A stretch of 64,000 bases of DNA from an uncultured Dehalococcoidia bacterium (GTDB lineage: Bacteria; Chloroflexota; Dehalococcoidia; Lucifugimonadales; UBA826), in the NCBI GenBank assembly GCA_964394975.1, contig CAYMZR010000002.1, positions 8,979-72,978 of the forward strand, in the 5' to 3' direction. Below the pieces are notes generated by a model, which was not told where the DNA came from, did not search any database, and worked only from the letters and a program-made list of their open reading frames with translations. This document shows positions 9,577 through 20,098 of this stretch, piece after piece. Both the position numbers and the translations under genes were made by a program. The number at the start of each line of letters is the position of its first letter. Position 1 is the stretch's first letter.

Positions 9577-9768
9577 ATGAAACCAACCCAAAAGCATATA
9601 GCAGCCATATCAGCGGCTATTCACATGTATCTAAGTGAAGGCATAAGACGCTCTAAGGAAAATAACAAGATCTTGATATCTCCCTGGAGACACACAATCT
9701 TGGATCATATGCCATACTCTCATGACCGCCAAATAAGAGGTTGGACTGGCAAAGATCAGTACTTATAA
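9577..9768 (+). CDS. small protein with an OadG-like AAISAAIH motif (possible carboxylase/decarboxylase accessory subunit)
   Basis: This 63-aa ORF is wedged between the two carboxyltransferase genes, with gaps of 5 and 25 nt. HIAAISAAIHMY resembles the conserved C-terminal motif of decarboxylase gamma/delta subunits (from memory). It has no TM helix. Confidence 0.5.
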   Translation: MKPTQKHIAAISAAIHMYLSEGIRRSKENNKILISPWRHTILDHMPYSHDRQIRGWTGKDQYL

Positions 9769-9793
9769 ATAATTCGAGGATTCACCTGATTAT

Positions 9794-11641
9794 ATGATTA
9801 CACTTAAGTCTTTTGGAATAACTGACACTACATTCCGCGACGCCCATCAAAGCCTTCTTGCCACTAGATTAAAAATGGAAGATATGGAACCAATCGCGTC
9901 TGAAATGGATCAGGTTGGTTTTACTTCAATGGAAGTTTGGGGAGGAGCCACATTTGACGCTACTACCAGATATTTATCCGAAGATCCGTGGGAACGTTTA
10001 AGAAGATTTAAAAAACTCATAACTAAAACACCTTTATCGATGCTGTTGAGAGGACAGTCACTGGTCGGGTACAAGGCCTATGCGGATGATGTAGTGGATG
10101 CCTTTATAGAAAGATCTGCCACGAATGGGATAGATATTTTTAGAGTGTTTGATGCCTTAAATGATGAATGGAACCTGGAAAGAGCCGCTGCTGCAGTTAA
10201 AAACAACCAAAAACACTTACAGATGACGATCTGCTATTCCGTCACAGAAAGTGGAAAAATGGAAGGTCCAATTTATGATTTGGATTACTACCTTGATAGA
10301 GCCAAATCCTTCCAGAATATGGGTGCAGACAGTATCTGCATTAAAGACATGGCCGGATTATTATCCCCATACGATGCATTTAAGTTGGTTTCAGAGTTGA
10401 AAAAAGTAATAGATGTCCCAATTCAATTGCATACTCATTATACGAGCGGCATGGCATCGATGACCGTTTTAAAGGCCATTGAAGCAGGAGTCGACGTAGT
10501 AGATACCTGCTTGGCACCTCTAGCGTTGAGGACTTCTCAGCCCGCTGTAGAACCCCTTTTAGTCACCCTACGAGGAACAGAATACGACCCCAAATTGAAC
10601 CTGGATACTCTTATAGAGCTAGGTGATTATATGGAATCAATCTTGCCCAAGTACAAAGAGTACATGGAAACACCGAGGGCTGCTGTGATAGACGCTAAAG
10701 TCTTGAGTCACCAGATCCCAGGCGGAATGGCAAGCAACTTAATTTCACAACTTAGAGAAATAGGTTCACTAGATAAACTAGAGGATGTACTCGAAGATAT
10801 ACCTGTCACGAGAAAAGAGCTTGGTTACCCTCCTCTCGTAACCCCGATGAGTCAAATGGTAGGATCACAAGCAGTTAGTAATGTCATTTTCGGCAGATAC
10901 AAAATGGTCTCCAACGAGGTTAAAGAATATCTGAGTGGTATGTATGGGAGATCGCCAGGGAAAGTTGATATTTCAGTCAAAGGGACCGTCTTCGAATCTG
11001 AAAAAGAAACGGAAATGACCACTATCACTGAGCGACCCGGCAATATTTTAGAACCTGAACTCAAAAAAGCGGAAGATGGATTGAAAGACATCACTAGAGA
11101 TATAGATGATGTGTTAATTTATGCCTTATATCCCACTACAGGAATGAAATTCCTCCGTATAAAGCATGGAATAGACTCTTCAGAAGAAGATGCGGATGAA
11201 GATGTTGAAAACAAGCAACCATGTAGTTTAGACACGAACTCTGAAGTAGCGGGGCGGCCTGCAACAAAAAGCTCAAACATCCGCTCATTTAACGTATACA
11301 TAGATGACACTTTATTCAAAGTAGAAGTTGACCCTACCGACCAAAACTTAATAGCAATATCTGATGGCATAAAAACTCAAAAAGGTAACGAAACAAAACC
11401 GCCCGTTGACAGTCATACAGAAAATTCTGACGGGCAACTAGAATCCCCCATGCCTGGTGTAATTTTGAGATACCTAGTCGAAGTGGGGCAAGAGGTCAAA
11501 CAAGGTGATCCAGTGGCAGTTTTAGAGGCTATGAAAATGGAAAACACCCTACCTGCACCTAAAGATGGCAGCATTCAATCGTTGGAAGTAGAACCCGGTC
11601 AAACTGTTGTGAAGGGAGACCTACTAGCTATAATCACGTAA
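9794..11641 (+). CDS. oxaloacetate decarboxylase alpha / pyruvate carboxylase subunit B-type carboxyltransferase (5S) fused to a biotinyl carrier domain
   Basis: ITDTTFRDAHQSL and MEVWGGATFD TIM-barrel CT motifs. The C-terminal biotinyl domain carries EAMKMEN. Confidence 0.92.
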   Translation: MITLKSFGITDTTFRDAHQSLLATRLKMEDMEPIASEMDQVGFTSMEVWGGATFDATTRYLSEDPWERLRRFKKLITKTPLSMLLRGQSLVGYKAYADDVVDAFIERSATNGIDIFRVFDALNDEWNLERAAAAVKNNQKHLQMTICYSVTESGKMEGPIYDLDYYLDRAKSFQNMGADSICIKDMAGLLSPYDAFKLVSELKKVIDVPIQLHTHYTSGMASMTVLKAIEAGVDVVDTCLAPLALRTSQPAVEPLLVTLRGTEYDPKLNLDTLIELGDYMESILPKYKEYMETPRAAVIDAKVLSHQIPGGMASNLISQLREIGSLDKLEDVLEDIPVTRKELGYPPLVTPMSQMVGSQAVSNVIFGRYKMVSNEVKEYLSGMYGRSPGKVDISVKGTVFESEKETEMTTITERPGNILEPELKKAEDGLKDITRDIDDVLIYALYPTTGMKFLRIKHGIDSSEEDADEDVENKQPCSLDTNSEVAGRPATKSSNIRSFNVYIDDTLFKVEVDPTDQNLIAISDGIKTQKGNETKPPVDSHTENSDGQLESPMPGVILRYLVEVGQEVKQGDPVAVLEAMKMENTLPAPKDGSIQSLEVEPGQTVVKGDLLAIIT

Positions 11642-11704
11642 TAATGCACGATTGTGCATAATAGATAACCCAGACTATTTGAAATTAAAACAAAGAAGGA
11701 TTAT

Positions 11705-12637
11705 ATGAGAAACAAAGTAACTGTAGTTGGAGCGGGCAACGTCGGCGCCACTACAGCACAACGGATTTTCGACAGGGGATATTCTGATGTAGTGTTAGTC
11801 GATATAGTCGACGGATTACCACAAGGAAAAGCATTAGACATGCTGGAATCTGGACCAATTTTAGGAACAGATGCGACAATAGTTGGAACCAACGGCTACG
11901 AAGAAACAGCATCTTCTGATGTAGTTGTTGTTACATCTGGGATAGCGCGCAAACCAGGTATGAGCAGAGATGATTTGCTACTCACTAACATGAAAATAGT
12001 ATCCAGCGTAGTTGAACAAACAGCAAAATTTTCGCCAGACAGTGTCCACTTGATAGTCACTAACCCTCTGGATGCAATGGCCCAACAGGCCCTTGCAGTC
12101 ACTGGATTCCCTTCCAATAGGGTTGTAGGTATGGCAGGAATATTAGATACAGCAAGATACAGAACTTTCCTTGCGGCAGAACTGGGAGTGTCAGTAAATT
12201 CAGTGTCTGCATATGTGCTTGGTGGTCATGGAGACACAATGGTACCTGTGGTTGAAAGTACCAATGTAGCGGGAACCCCGGTGTCGAAGTTAATTGACCC
12301 CGAAAAGTTAGAAGAAATTGTACAAAGAGCACGAGATGGGGGGGCAGAAATAGTTAACTACCTTAAAACAGGGAGTGCATTCTATGCTCCTTCGGCCTCA
12401 ATAGTTCAAATGGTCGAAGCTATTATTTTTGACAAAAAGGAAATACTTCCCTGCACAGCATATCTGGAAGGGCAATATGGTATTAATGATCTTTATGTAG
12501 GGGTGCCTGTTAAACTGGGAGCCGATGGCGTAGAAGAAGTTGTGGAATTAAACTTGAATGACGACGAACTGATTGCTCTTAGAAAATCAGCAGATGCTGT
12601 TCAAGAATTAATAGATGTTATGGCCGGAGCACAATAA
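11705..12637 (+). CDS. mdh: malate dehydrogenase (LDH-like family)
   Basis: [15 protein letters not shown]ossmann motif, [13 protein letters not shown], and GGHGDTMVP. Confidence 0.92.
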   Translation: MRNKVTVVGAGNVGATTAQRIFDRGYSDVVLVDIVDGLPQGKALDMLESGPILGTDATIVGTNGYEETASSDVVVVTSGIARKPGMSRDDLLLTNMKIVSSVVEQTAKFSPDSVHLIVTNPLDAMAQQALAVTGFPSNRVVGMAGILDTARYRTFLAAELGVSVNSVSAYVLGGHGDTMVPVVESTNVAGTPVSKLIDPEKLEEIVQRARDGGAEIVNYLKTGSAFYAPSASIVQMVEAIIFDKKEILPCTAYLEGQYGINDLYVGVPVKLGADGVEEVVELNLNDDELIALRKSADAVQELIDVMAGAQ

Positions 12638-12670
12638 GTTCCATCTGTGGCATTTCTAATAAGGTGACAC

Positions 12671-13141
12671 TTGATCATTGCTGTTATAGGTGAAAACACA
12701 GTATCTTCCGAAAATGCCATACTTGCTGAAAAGGTGGGTCGGCTGCTGGCAAAGGCTAAGGTAACTATAGTCTGCGGTGGACAAGACGGGGTCATGAGAT
12801 CCGTATGCAAAGGCGCAAAAGAATACGGTGGGACCACCATTGGAATATTGCCGGGGCTGGATCCTATCGATTGTAATGAATATATAGACATTCCCATATG
12901 CACAGGACTTGGCACTGGTAGGAACTTGTTGGTAATAAGAGCTGGTAAGGCCATTATTGCGATTGGTGGCGCATATGGCACATTATCTGAAATTGGGCTA
13001 GCCCTTTCAGAATCAAAGCCGGTAATCGGCTTAAACACATGGAGTTTACTGAGAAATGAAAAAGTAGATTGTGGAATAGTAGTGGCAGATAGCCCTGAAC
13101 AAGCCGTCAAAATTGCCATTTCTCAAGCAGGCGAAAATTAA
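12671..13141 (+). CDS. TIGR00725/LOG-like Rossmann-fold nucleotide-binding protein
   Basis: IAVIG...IVCGGQDGVMRSVCKGA...GGTTIGILP...GGAYGTLSEIG pattern. A TTG start follows an AAGGTGA SD. Confidence 0.7.
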   Translation: MIIAVIGENTVSSENAILAEKVGRLLAKAKVTIVCGGQDGVMRSVCKGAKEYGGTTIGILPGLDPIDCNEYIDIPICTGLGTGRNLLVIRAGKAIIAIGGAYGTLSEIGLALSESKPVIGLNTWSLLRNEKVDCGIVVADSPEQAVKIAISQAGEN

Positions 13142-13154
13142 GATAGGACTTGCA

Positions 13155-14447
13155 ATGACAACAATTGACAATATACATGCACGAGAAATTCTCGACTCGA
13201 GGGGAAATCCAACAGTGGAGGTAGATGTTGTGCTGAAAGACGGATCTGTAGGGACATCTTCAGTACCTTCAGGTGCCAGTACAGGTCAATATGAGGCGGT
13301 TGAACTGAGGGATGTAGATGGTGGTAGATACCACGGCAAAGGGGTACTTAAAGCGCTCAATAACATTACCAAGATCATATTTCCGCACATAAAAGGAATG
13401 AATGCCTACGATCAAGAAGAATTAGATTCAACACTTATTGAATTAGATGGAACGGAAAATAAAGGCAATTTGGGAGCAAACTCGATATTAGCTGTATCAC
13501 TGGGTACAGCAAAAGCAGCTGCGAAATCTTGTAATCAGGAAGTATATGCTCACATTTCAAGATCAGAAAATTATATTATTCCCGTTCCTATGCTAAATGT
13601 TATTAATGGCGGCAAACATGCAGAACATTCCAGTGATATTCAAGAATTCATGATCGTTCCTGCTGGATTTGAAACTTTCGCACAATCCATAAGGGCAGGA
13701 TCAGAAGTCTATCAATCTCTCCAAAAAATTCTGAGTGGAAAGAATCTCAGTACAACAGTAGGAGATGAAGGAGGATTTGCTCCTAGTCTTACATCAAACG
13801 AAGCCGCCTTAGAACTGTTGGTCGACGCTATAACCGATTCAGGATATGAATGCGGTGTTGACTTTTTCATCGCTCTTGACACTGCTGCCGCAGAGCTTTT
13901 TGACCCAAAAGATAAATTATATAAACTGGAGTGCGACGGTATATCTGTTTCAGGAACTGCCCTAACTAGCACCTACCAAAAATGGTCTGCTAAGTATCCA
14001 ATCATTAGCATCGAAGATGGGCTGGCAGATGATGAATGGGATGACTGGAAAGAAATGACTCAGACACTAGGCAGCGAAATACAGTTGGTGGGGGATGACT
14101 TACTTACCACAAATCCATCCAGAATAACAAAAGGAATTGAATTTAAAGCGGCGAATGCCGTGCTCGTCAAACCAAATCAAATTGGTACTCTGACAGAGAC
14201 AATGGAGGCTATCAAATTAGCTCAATCAGTAGGATGGGGAACTGTCATGAGCCATAGATCAGGAGAAACTGAAGACACATTGATCTCTGACTTAGCTGTA
14301 GCCACGAACACTGGGCAAATAAAATCTGGTGCCCCTGCAAGAGGGGAAAGAACCGCCAAATACAACCGTCTTATACGAATAGAAGAGAGATTGAGAGGAA
14401 GTTGTACCTTTGCGGGAAGTGATGTTTACTCTCGCTACATAAACTAG
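13155..14447 (+). CDS. eno: enolase (phosphopyruvate hydratase)
   Basis: IHAREILDSRGNPTVEV N-terminus, SHRSGETED, and IKSGAPARGERTAKYN. The ORF is open from 13113, but the ATG at 13155 matches the canonical enolase N-terminus. Confidence 0.95.
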   Translation: MTTIDNIHAREILDSRGNPTVEVDVVLKDGSVGTSSVPSGASTGQYEAVELRDVDGGRYHGKGVLKALNNITKIIFPHIKGMNAYDQEELDSTLIELDGTENKGNLGANSILAVSLGTAKAAAKSCNQEVYAHISRSENYIIPVPMLNVINGGKHAEHSSDIQEFMIVPAGFETFAQSIRAGSEVYQSLQKILSGKNLSTTVGDEGGFAPSLTSNEAALELLVDAITDSGYECGVDFFIALDTAAAELFDPKDKLYKLECDGISVSGTALTSTYQKWSAKYPIISIEDGLADDEWDDWKEMTQTLGSEIQLVGDDLLTTNPSRITKGIEFKAANAVLVKPNQIGTLTETMEAIKLAQSVGWGTVMSHRSGETEDTLISDLAVATNTGQIKSGAPARGERTAKYNRLIRIEERLRGSCTFAGSDVYSRYIN

Positions 14448-14494
14448 TTAAATATACACGGAGATACTTAGTAGATTAGAAGGGTTCAAATTAA

Positions 14495-15508
14495 ATGAAA
14501 ACACGGATCGGAATTAACGGATTTGGCAGAATAGGTAGGTTGGTGCTAAGGGCTGTTTTGCAAGAAGGATATGAAAATGTGGAAGTTGGAGCTATAAACA
14601 GTTTTGCAGACCCTGCAAATAATGCTCATATGTTCAAATACGACACAACCTACGGAACCTATAAAGGAAATGTTTCCTCGACGGAAGATTCAATAGTGAT
14701 AGATGGCAGATCTGTAGCTTGTTTAAATTCTGAGAACCCACCTCAATTACCATGGGGCGACCACGGCGTAGATATCGTAATCGAATGCACAGGAAAATTT
14801 ACTGACTCAGCCAAGGCGTCTGGGCATTTGGAAGGCGGCGCAAAAAAAGTCATTATTTCAGCCCCTGCCAAAAATGAAGACATTACGATAGTGATGGGGG
14901 TCAACGAATATCAATATGACAAAAACAAACATCACATATTGTCCAACGCCTCATGTACCACTAATTGCGTTGCACCCCTTGTGAAGGTATTAGACGATTA
15001 CTTCGGTGTACAACAGGGAATGATGACAACGATCCATTCATATACTAATGATCAACAGGTACTTGATAAAAGACATAAAGACATGCGACGAGCACGTGCG
15101 GCAGCTATGAATATCATTCCAACTACCACTGGGGCGGCCAAAGCAGTAGGGCAAGTTTTGCCAAATCTATATGGAAAAGTGCACGGCATGGCATTTAGAG
15201 TACCAACCGCTACCGTATCTGTAACGGATTTTGTCACGACACTTAAAAACAAGGTGACCGCAGAAGATATTAATCAAGCATATATGGAAGCTTCCCAAAA
15301 CAAACTTAACGGCATCCTCAACTATTCTGATGAACCATTAGTCAGTTCTGATTATCGTGAAAGTCGCTTTAGTTGTACCGTTGACGGCCTGTCCACCATA
15401 ACTTTGGAAGATACTATGGCAAAAGTGGTCGGATGGTACGACAATGAATGGGGATACAGTTGCAGAACGGTAGAACTGGCAAAACTTGTTGCTGATGCTG
15501 GCATATAA
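14495..15508 (+). CDS. gap: type I glyceraldehyde-3-phosphate dehydrogenase
   Basis: INGFGRIGR, the catalytic SNASCTTNC, and WYDNEWGYS. Confidence 0.95.
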   Translation: MKTRIGINGFGRIGRLVLRAVLQEGYENVEVGAINSFADPANNAHMFKYDTTYGTYKGNVSSTEDSIVIDGRSVACLNSENPPQLPWGDHGVDIVIECTGKFTDSAKASGHLEGGAKKVIISAPAKNEDITIVMGVNEYQYDKNKHHILSNASCTTNCVAPLVKVLDDYFGVQQGMMTTIHSYTNDQQVLDKRHKDMRRARAAAMNIIPTTTGAAKAVGQVLPNLYGKVHGMAFRVPTATVSVTDFVTTLKNKVTAEDINQAYMEASQNKLNGILNYSDEPLVSSDYRESRFSCTVDGLSTITLEDTMAKVVGWYDNEWGYSCRTVELAKLVADAGI

Positions 15509-15530
15509 AAGGTAAATTTAAGGCTCTTAA

Positions 15531-15560
15531 TTGAAGCCAAGTAGTGTGTGGCGTTATAAT
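15531..15560 (+). promoter_or_regulatory. candidate sigma70-type promoter upstream of pdxS
   Basis: TTGAAG (15531-15536), an 18-nt spacer, then TATAAT (15555-15560). Confidence 0.3.
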
Positions 15561-15607
15561 TCAGGTAAGTGTTTTCATTTTGCAAAATTGACCACGGAGG
15601 CTAATAG

Positions 15608-16507
<900 letters not shown>

Positions 16508-16509
16508 GG

Positions 16510-17091
16510 TTGACAGCCATAGGCGTCTTGGCTATCCAAGGCGACTTTCTAGAACACAGGAAAATGCTTAATTCAATTGAGGTTGAATCAAGAGAAGTGC
16601 GTTTGCCGCAAGAGCTAGAAAATTTAGACGGCTTGATCATACCCGGCGGTGAAAGTACAACAATAGTCCAACTGATAGACATATATGGACTGCGGGGACC
16701 TCTTGTAGACAAAGTGCATAAAGGTCTTGCTATTTGGGGGACTTGTGCAGGAATGATAGTTATCGCTAAGAATCTTAACGACAAAAGGCCGACCCCTCTA
16801 GGGTTGATGGATATTGAGGTTAGCCGCAACGCTTTCGGCAGACAAATAGACAGTTTTGAAACTGATTTGGATATACATGGAATCGAAGGCCCCCCAATGC
16901 ATGCCATTTTCATAAGGGCGCCTCTTGTTACTCAAATCGGAAGTGGTGTCGAAATACTAGCTGAGGTAGGTGAAGGGAAACCCGTGGCAGTAAAACAAAA
17001 CCGAGTTCTTGCCACTTCCTTTCATCCTGAATTAACAGCAGATTCACGAATGCATTCAATGTTCGTAGATATAGCCCATTCGAAAGCATAA
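16510..17091 (+). CDS. pdxT: pyridoxal 5'-phosphate synthase glutaminase subunit
   Basis: IGVLAIQGDF, GGESTT, the catalytic WGTCAGMI, and FHPELT. It starts 2 nt after pdxS. Confidence 0.93.
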   Translation: MTAIGVLAIQGDFLEHRKMLNSIEVESREVRLPQELENLDGLIIPGGESTTIVQLIDIYGLRGPLVDKVHKGLAIWGTCAGMIVIAKNLNDKRPTPLGLMDIEVSRNAFGRQIDSFETDLDIHGIEGPPMHAIFIRAPLVTQIGSGVEILAEVGEGKPVAVKQNRVLATSFHPELTADSRMHSMFVDIAHSKA

Positions 17092-17114
17092 AGCTTGGGA
17101 GGACCACCACAGTA

Positions 17115-18683
17115 GTGATCCAAGAAACAGATATAGATCTTAATGTTCTAATGGATGTGATCCCTGAAAGATTACGGACACTTCTGTTGGCCCAGAAAAA
17201 TATCGGGGAATTATTGGAGGTAGTCTTAGATTTAGGTAGGCAGCCTGAAGCCCGATTCCTAGGAGAAAACAAACTTCTGGAAACTGACGAAGTAACCAAT
17301 CATGACCTTGAATATGCTATTGGTAGAATCGGTCTTTTTGGAGCCGATAATAGGGCCGGTATAGAACGAACGCTTCATCGGATCTCTGCAATAAAAAACC
17401 GTGCTGGAAAAACAGTTGGAATTACTTTTAGAGTGGGAAGGGCCGTCTACGGCACTGTAAAAATCATAGAAGACTTAATTCTTTCCGGGGAAAGTGTATT
17501 ACTGCTAGGAAAACCAGGGGTAGGAAAAACCACAATGCTGAGAGAAGTAGCGAGAGTGCTAGCAGAAGACGCTGGGAAGCGAGTGATAGTAGTAGATACA
17601 TCTAATGAAATAGCTGGCGATGGAGACATACCGCATAAAGCTATTGGCAGAGCTCGAAGAATGCAAGTCCCATCTCCTACAAAACAGCACGATGTAATGA
17701 TAGAAGCTGTGGAAAACCATATGCCAGAAGTCATTGTTATAGATGAAATTGGTACTGAACTGGAAGCAAATGCAGCTAGAACGATCGCTGAAAGAGGTGT
17801 CCAGTTGGTAGCCACAGCTCATGGAAACACACTTGAAAACCTGATTATGAATCCTACTCTATCTGATTTGGTCGGTGGTATACAGACTGTTACTCTGGGA
17901 GATATCGAGGCCAGAAGAAGGAGGACTCAAAAAACTGTCCTAGAAAGAAATGCCCCTCCAACTTTTGAAAAACTGGTTGAAATACAAGGCTGGAATCTAG
18001 TAACAGTCCACTCCGACGTGACCTCAACAGTGGATAGAATGCTGAGAAAACAGACAGTTAATTCAGAAGTGAGGTCAGTAGAAGAAGACGGCACAATCAG
18101 AAAGCATATGAGTTCATTTAAGTCTAATGAAGTAAATCGAGGTCTCGATTCTCAAGAAACAAATTTTGAGGCGTTAAATGGTAGTGACCATTTGCCAAAT
18201 GAAGCTACAAAACTGACTCCCATCATGCCCTACGGTGTTAATAAGGGCAGATTTGACCAAGTAATCAGATCGCTAAATGCTCCCATAACTCTAGTCGGGG
18301 ACATCAAGAAAGCAGAAATGTTAGTAACAACAAAGAATTACCATCGAAGAGGAACCCACGCCCTGAAAAATGCCGAGCAAATGGGTAAACCAGTATTTGT
18401 ATTGCGAAAAAATACAGTTCATCAAATCGAGCAATTCGTGAGAGCTGTGACGAAAAATGAACAAACTTATATAGGTTCAGAATCAGAAAGGTCATTAGCT
18501 TTATTAGAAGCCGAACAAGCGGCTCAAAAAATAACCAATGGCGAATCGGAAATCACTCTCAGAGCTCAAAATTCCTATGTGAGAAGACTCCAGCATCAAA
18601 TAGCTAGCGAATATGGGCTTGAATCCAGTAGCGAAGGGAAAGAGCCTCATAGATCAGTCTTGATACAAAAAGTCGATGCCTAG
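17115..18683 (+). CDS. SpoIIIAA/Ycf45-like P-loop ATPase with a C-terminal R3H nucleic-acid-binding domain
   Basis: GKPGVGKTTMLRE Walker A, VIVIDEIG Walker B, and a C-terminal VRRLQHQIASEYGLESSSEGKEPHRSVLI segment with an R3H-like pattern. Confidence 0.7.
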   Translation: MIQETDIDLNVLMDVIPERLRTLLLAQKNIGELLEVVLDLGRQPEARFLGENKLLETDEVTNHDLEYAIGRIGLFGADNRAGIERTLHRISAIKNRAGKTVGITFRVGRAVYGTVKIIEDLILSGESVLLLGKPGVGKTTMLREVARVLAEDAGKRVIVVDTSNEIAGDGDIPHKAIGRARRMQVPSPTKQHDVMIEAVENHMPEVIVIDEIGTELEANAARTIAERGVQLVATAHGNTLENLIMNPTLSDLVGGIQTVTLGDIEARRRRTQKTVLERNAPPTFEKLVEIQGWNLVTVHSDVTSTVDRMLRKQTVNSEVRSVEEDGTIRKHMSSFKSNEVNRGLDSQETNFEALNGSDHLPNEATKLTPIMPYGVNKGRFDQVIRSLNAPITLVGDIKKAEMLVTTKNYHRRGTHALKNAEQMGKPVFVLRKNTVHQIEQFVRAVTKNEQTYIGSESERSLALLEAEQAAQKITNGESEITLRAQNSYVRRLQHQIASEYGLESSSEGKEPHRSVLIQKVDA

Positions 18684-19290
18684 AAAAAAAACTTTTATAG
18701 TGCTGGAAGGAGTGGAAGGAAGTGGAAAAAGTACTCAGTCACTTCTTCTTTCTGAAAGACTCACTTTGGAAGATAGAGATAATTTATTAGTTAGAGAACC
18801 TGGAAGTACAAAGACGGGGGAAAAAATACGAAACCTGATTTTACAAGGTACGGAACTAAACCCATTATCTGAACTATTATTATTTTCAGCAGCGAGATCT
18901 GAACTCATCCAAAACGAAATTTTACCTGCCCTCAATTCCAATTCAGTGGTCGTATGCGACAGATATATATATTCCTCAATCGCCTATCAGGGACATGCTA
19001 AAGGGTTGGATCTAAATGTTATAGCCAAGATTAATTCCATCACCACATCGCAATTAGATCCAGACTTGGTATTTTTGTTAGACATCGAACCCGAACTGTC
19101 CTTTGAAAGAAAAAAATTAGCCCCAAAGGATCGATTTGAAAAAGAATCGATGGAATTCCATAATCAAGTCAGAAAAGGTTATCTAAGCCTCGCAGAATTA
19201 AATCCGGACGTGTGGGTCATCATAGACGGTCAAAAACCAACTGAAGAGATCAGAGAGCTAATTTGGGGAAAAGTTTCGGAGATTATTTGA
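18676..19290 (+). CDS. tmk: thymidylate kinase
   Basis: LEGVEGSGKSTQ P-loop, REPG, and DRY motifs. It overlaps the upstream gene by 8 nt. Confidence 0.92.
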   Translation: MPRKKTFIVLEGVEGSGKSTQSLLLSERLTLEDRDNLLVREPGSTKTGEKIRNLILQGTELNPLSELLLFSAARSELIQNEILPALNSNSVVVCDRYIYSSIAYQGHAKGLDLNVIAKINSITTSQLDPDLVFLLDIEPELSFERKKLAPKDRFEKESMEFHNQVRKGYLSLAELNPDVWVIIDGQKPTEEIRELIWGKVSEII

Positions 19291-19294
19291 TAAA

Positions 19295-20023
19295 TTAGAT
19301 TTTCTGATTTTCGAAGACGGCCCGAGGGTTTGTCGAACACATCCTCGTAGCAATATCTATTCCCACCATACGTGTAGCATGAATGAAACCCAGTTCCATG
19401 TCATAGCATCTTTGCCCTGCAACCATATGAGTATCAGAAGCAATTATATGTGCTAATCCTTGCTTCATAATATCAATAGAATTATTCAACGCAGTATCGC
19501 CGAATTTGCCATATAGACTACTCGCCGTCAGTTGTGTTAGGCAGCCCATTTGAATGAAATCAAATAATAGATTAGGTTCTTTTTCAAACACATTCATTCT
19601 TTCGGGATGTGCCAAAACTGGAGTCAAACCATAATTCAACAAATGTGCAATAATTTCTTCTATATAGGGAGGGCGTCCTTCCCATGGCATTTCAACTAAT
19701 ATGTATTCACTATCATTTAATGTTAGAGCCCTACCTTCCTCTATGTCTCTAAGTAACCCCAAATCAATATGATTTTCCATTCCTAATTTGATCTCAATTT
19801 CTACCCGATCTTCCTTGAGGATTTGATTTAAATGGGAAACTAAGTCCTTTACTATGTTTACCGAAAGATTCTCATTAACATCTTTGCGGTGAGGGGTCAC
19901 AATCACTGATTTCGTATTCTGACTTTCAGCTATTTTGCATATTCTGATTGCTTCTGGAAACTCCTCGGGGCCGTCATCAACGCCTGGCAAAAGGTGGTTG
20001 TGAATATCATAAATATCAATCAT
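19295..20023 (-). CDS. PHP-domain tyrosine-protein phosphatase (CpsB/YwqE family)
   Basis: DIHNHLLPGVDDGP N-terminal motif, TPH, AHPER, and SDTH metal-binding motifs. Confidence 0.8.
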   Translation of the reverse strand: MIDIYDIHNHLLPGVDDGPEEFPEAIRICKIAESQNTKSVIVTPHRKDVNENLSVNIVKDLVSHLNQILKEDRVEIEIKLGMENHIDLGLLRDIEEGRALTLNDSEYILVEMPWEGRPPYIEEIIAHLLNYGLTPVLAHPERMNVFEKEPNLLFDFIQMGCLTQLTASSLYGKFGDTALNNSIDIMKQGLAHIIASDTHMVAGQRCYDMELGFIHATRMVGIDIATRMCSTNPRAVFENQKI

Positions 20024-20098
20024 AGTTCTTAATTAGACCTCTAAATTAATTCCGGTTACTCTGATAGAATCACTGCTTAAATAATTTTTTTATATCAA

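Noticed and set aside
12601-13119. A 172-aa minus-strand ORF that almost completely overlaps the TIGR00725-like gene.
   Set aside because: The plus-strand product has recognisable family motifs (GGQDGVM, GGTTIGILP, GGAYGTLSE). The minus-strand product is a low-complexity Ser/Pro/Thr-rich shadow typical of an antisense frame.
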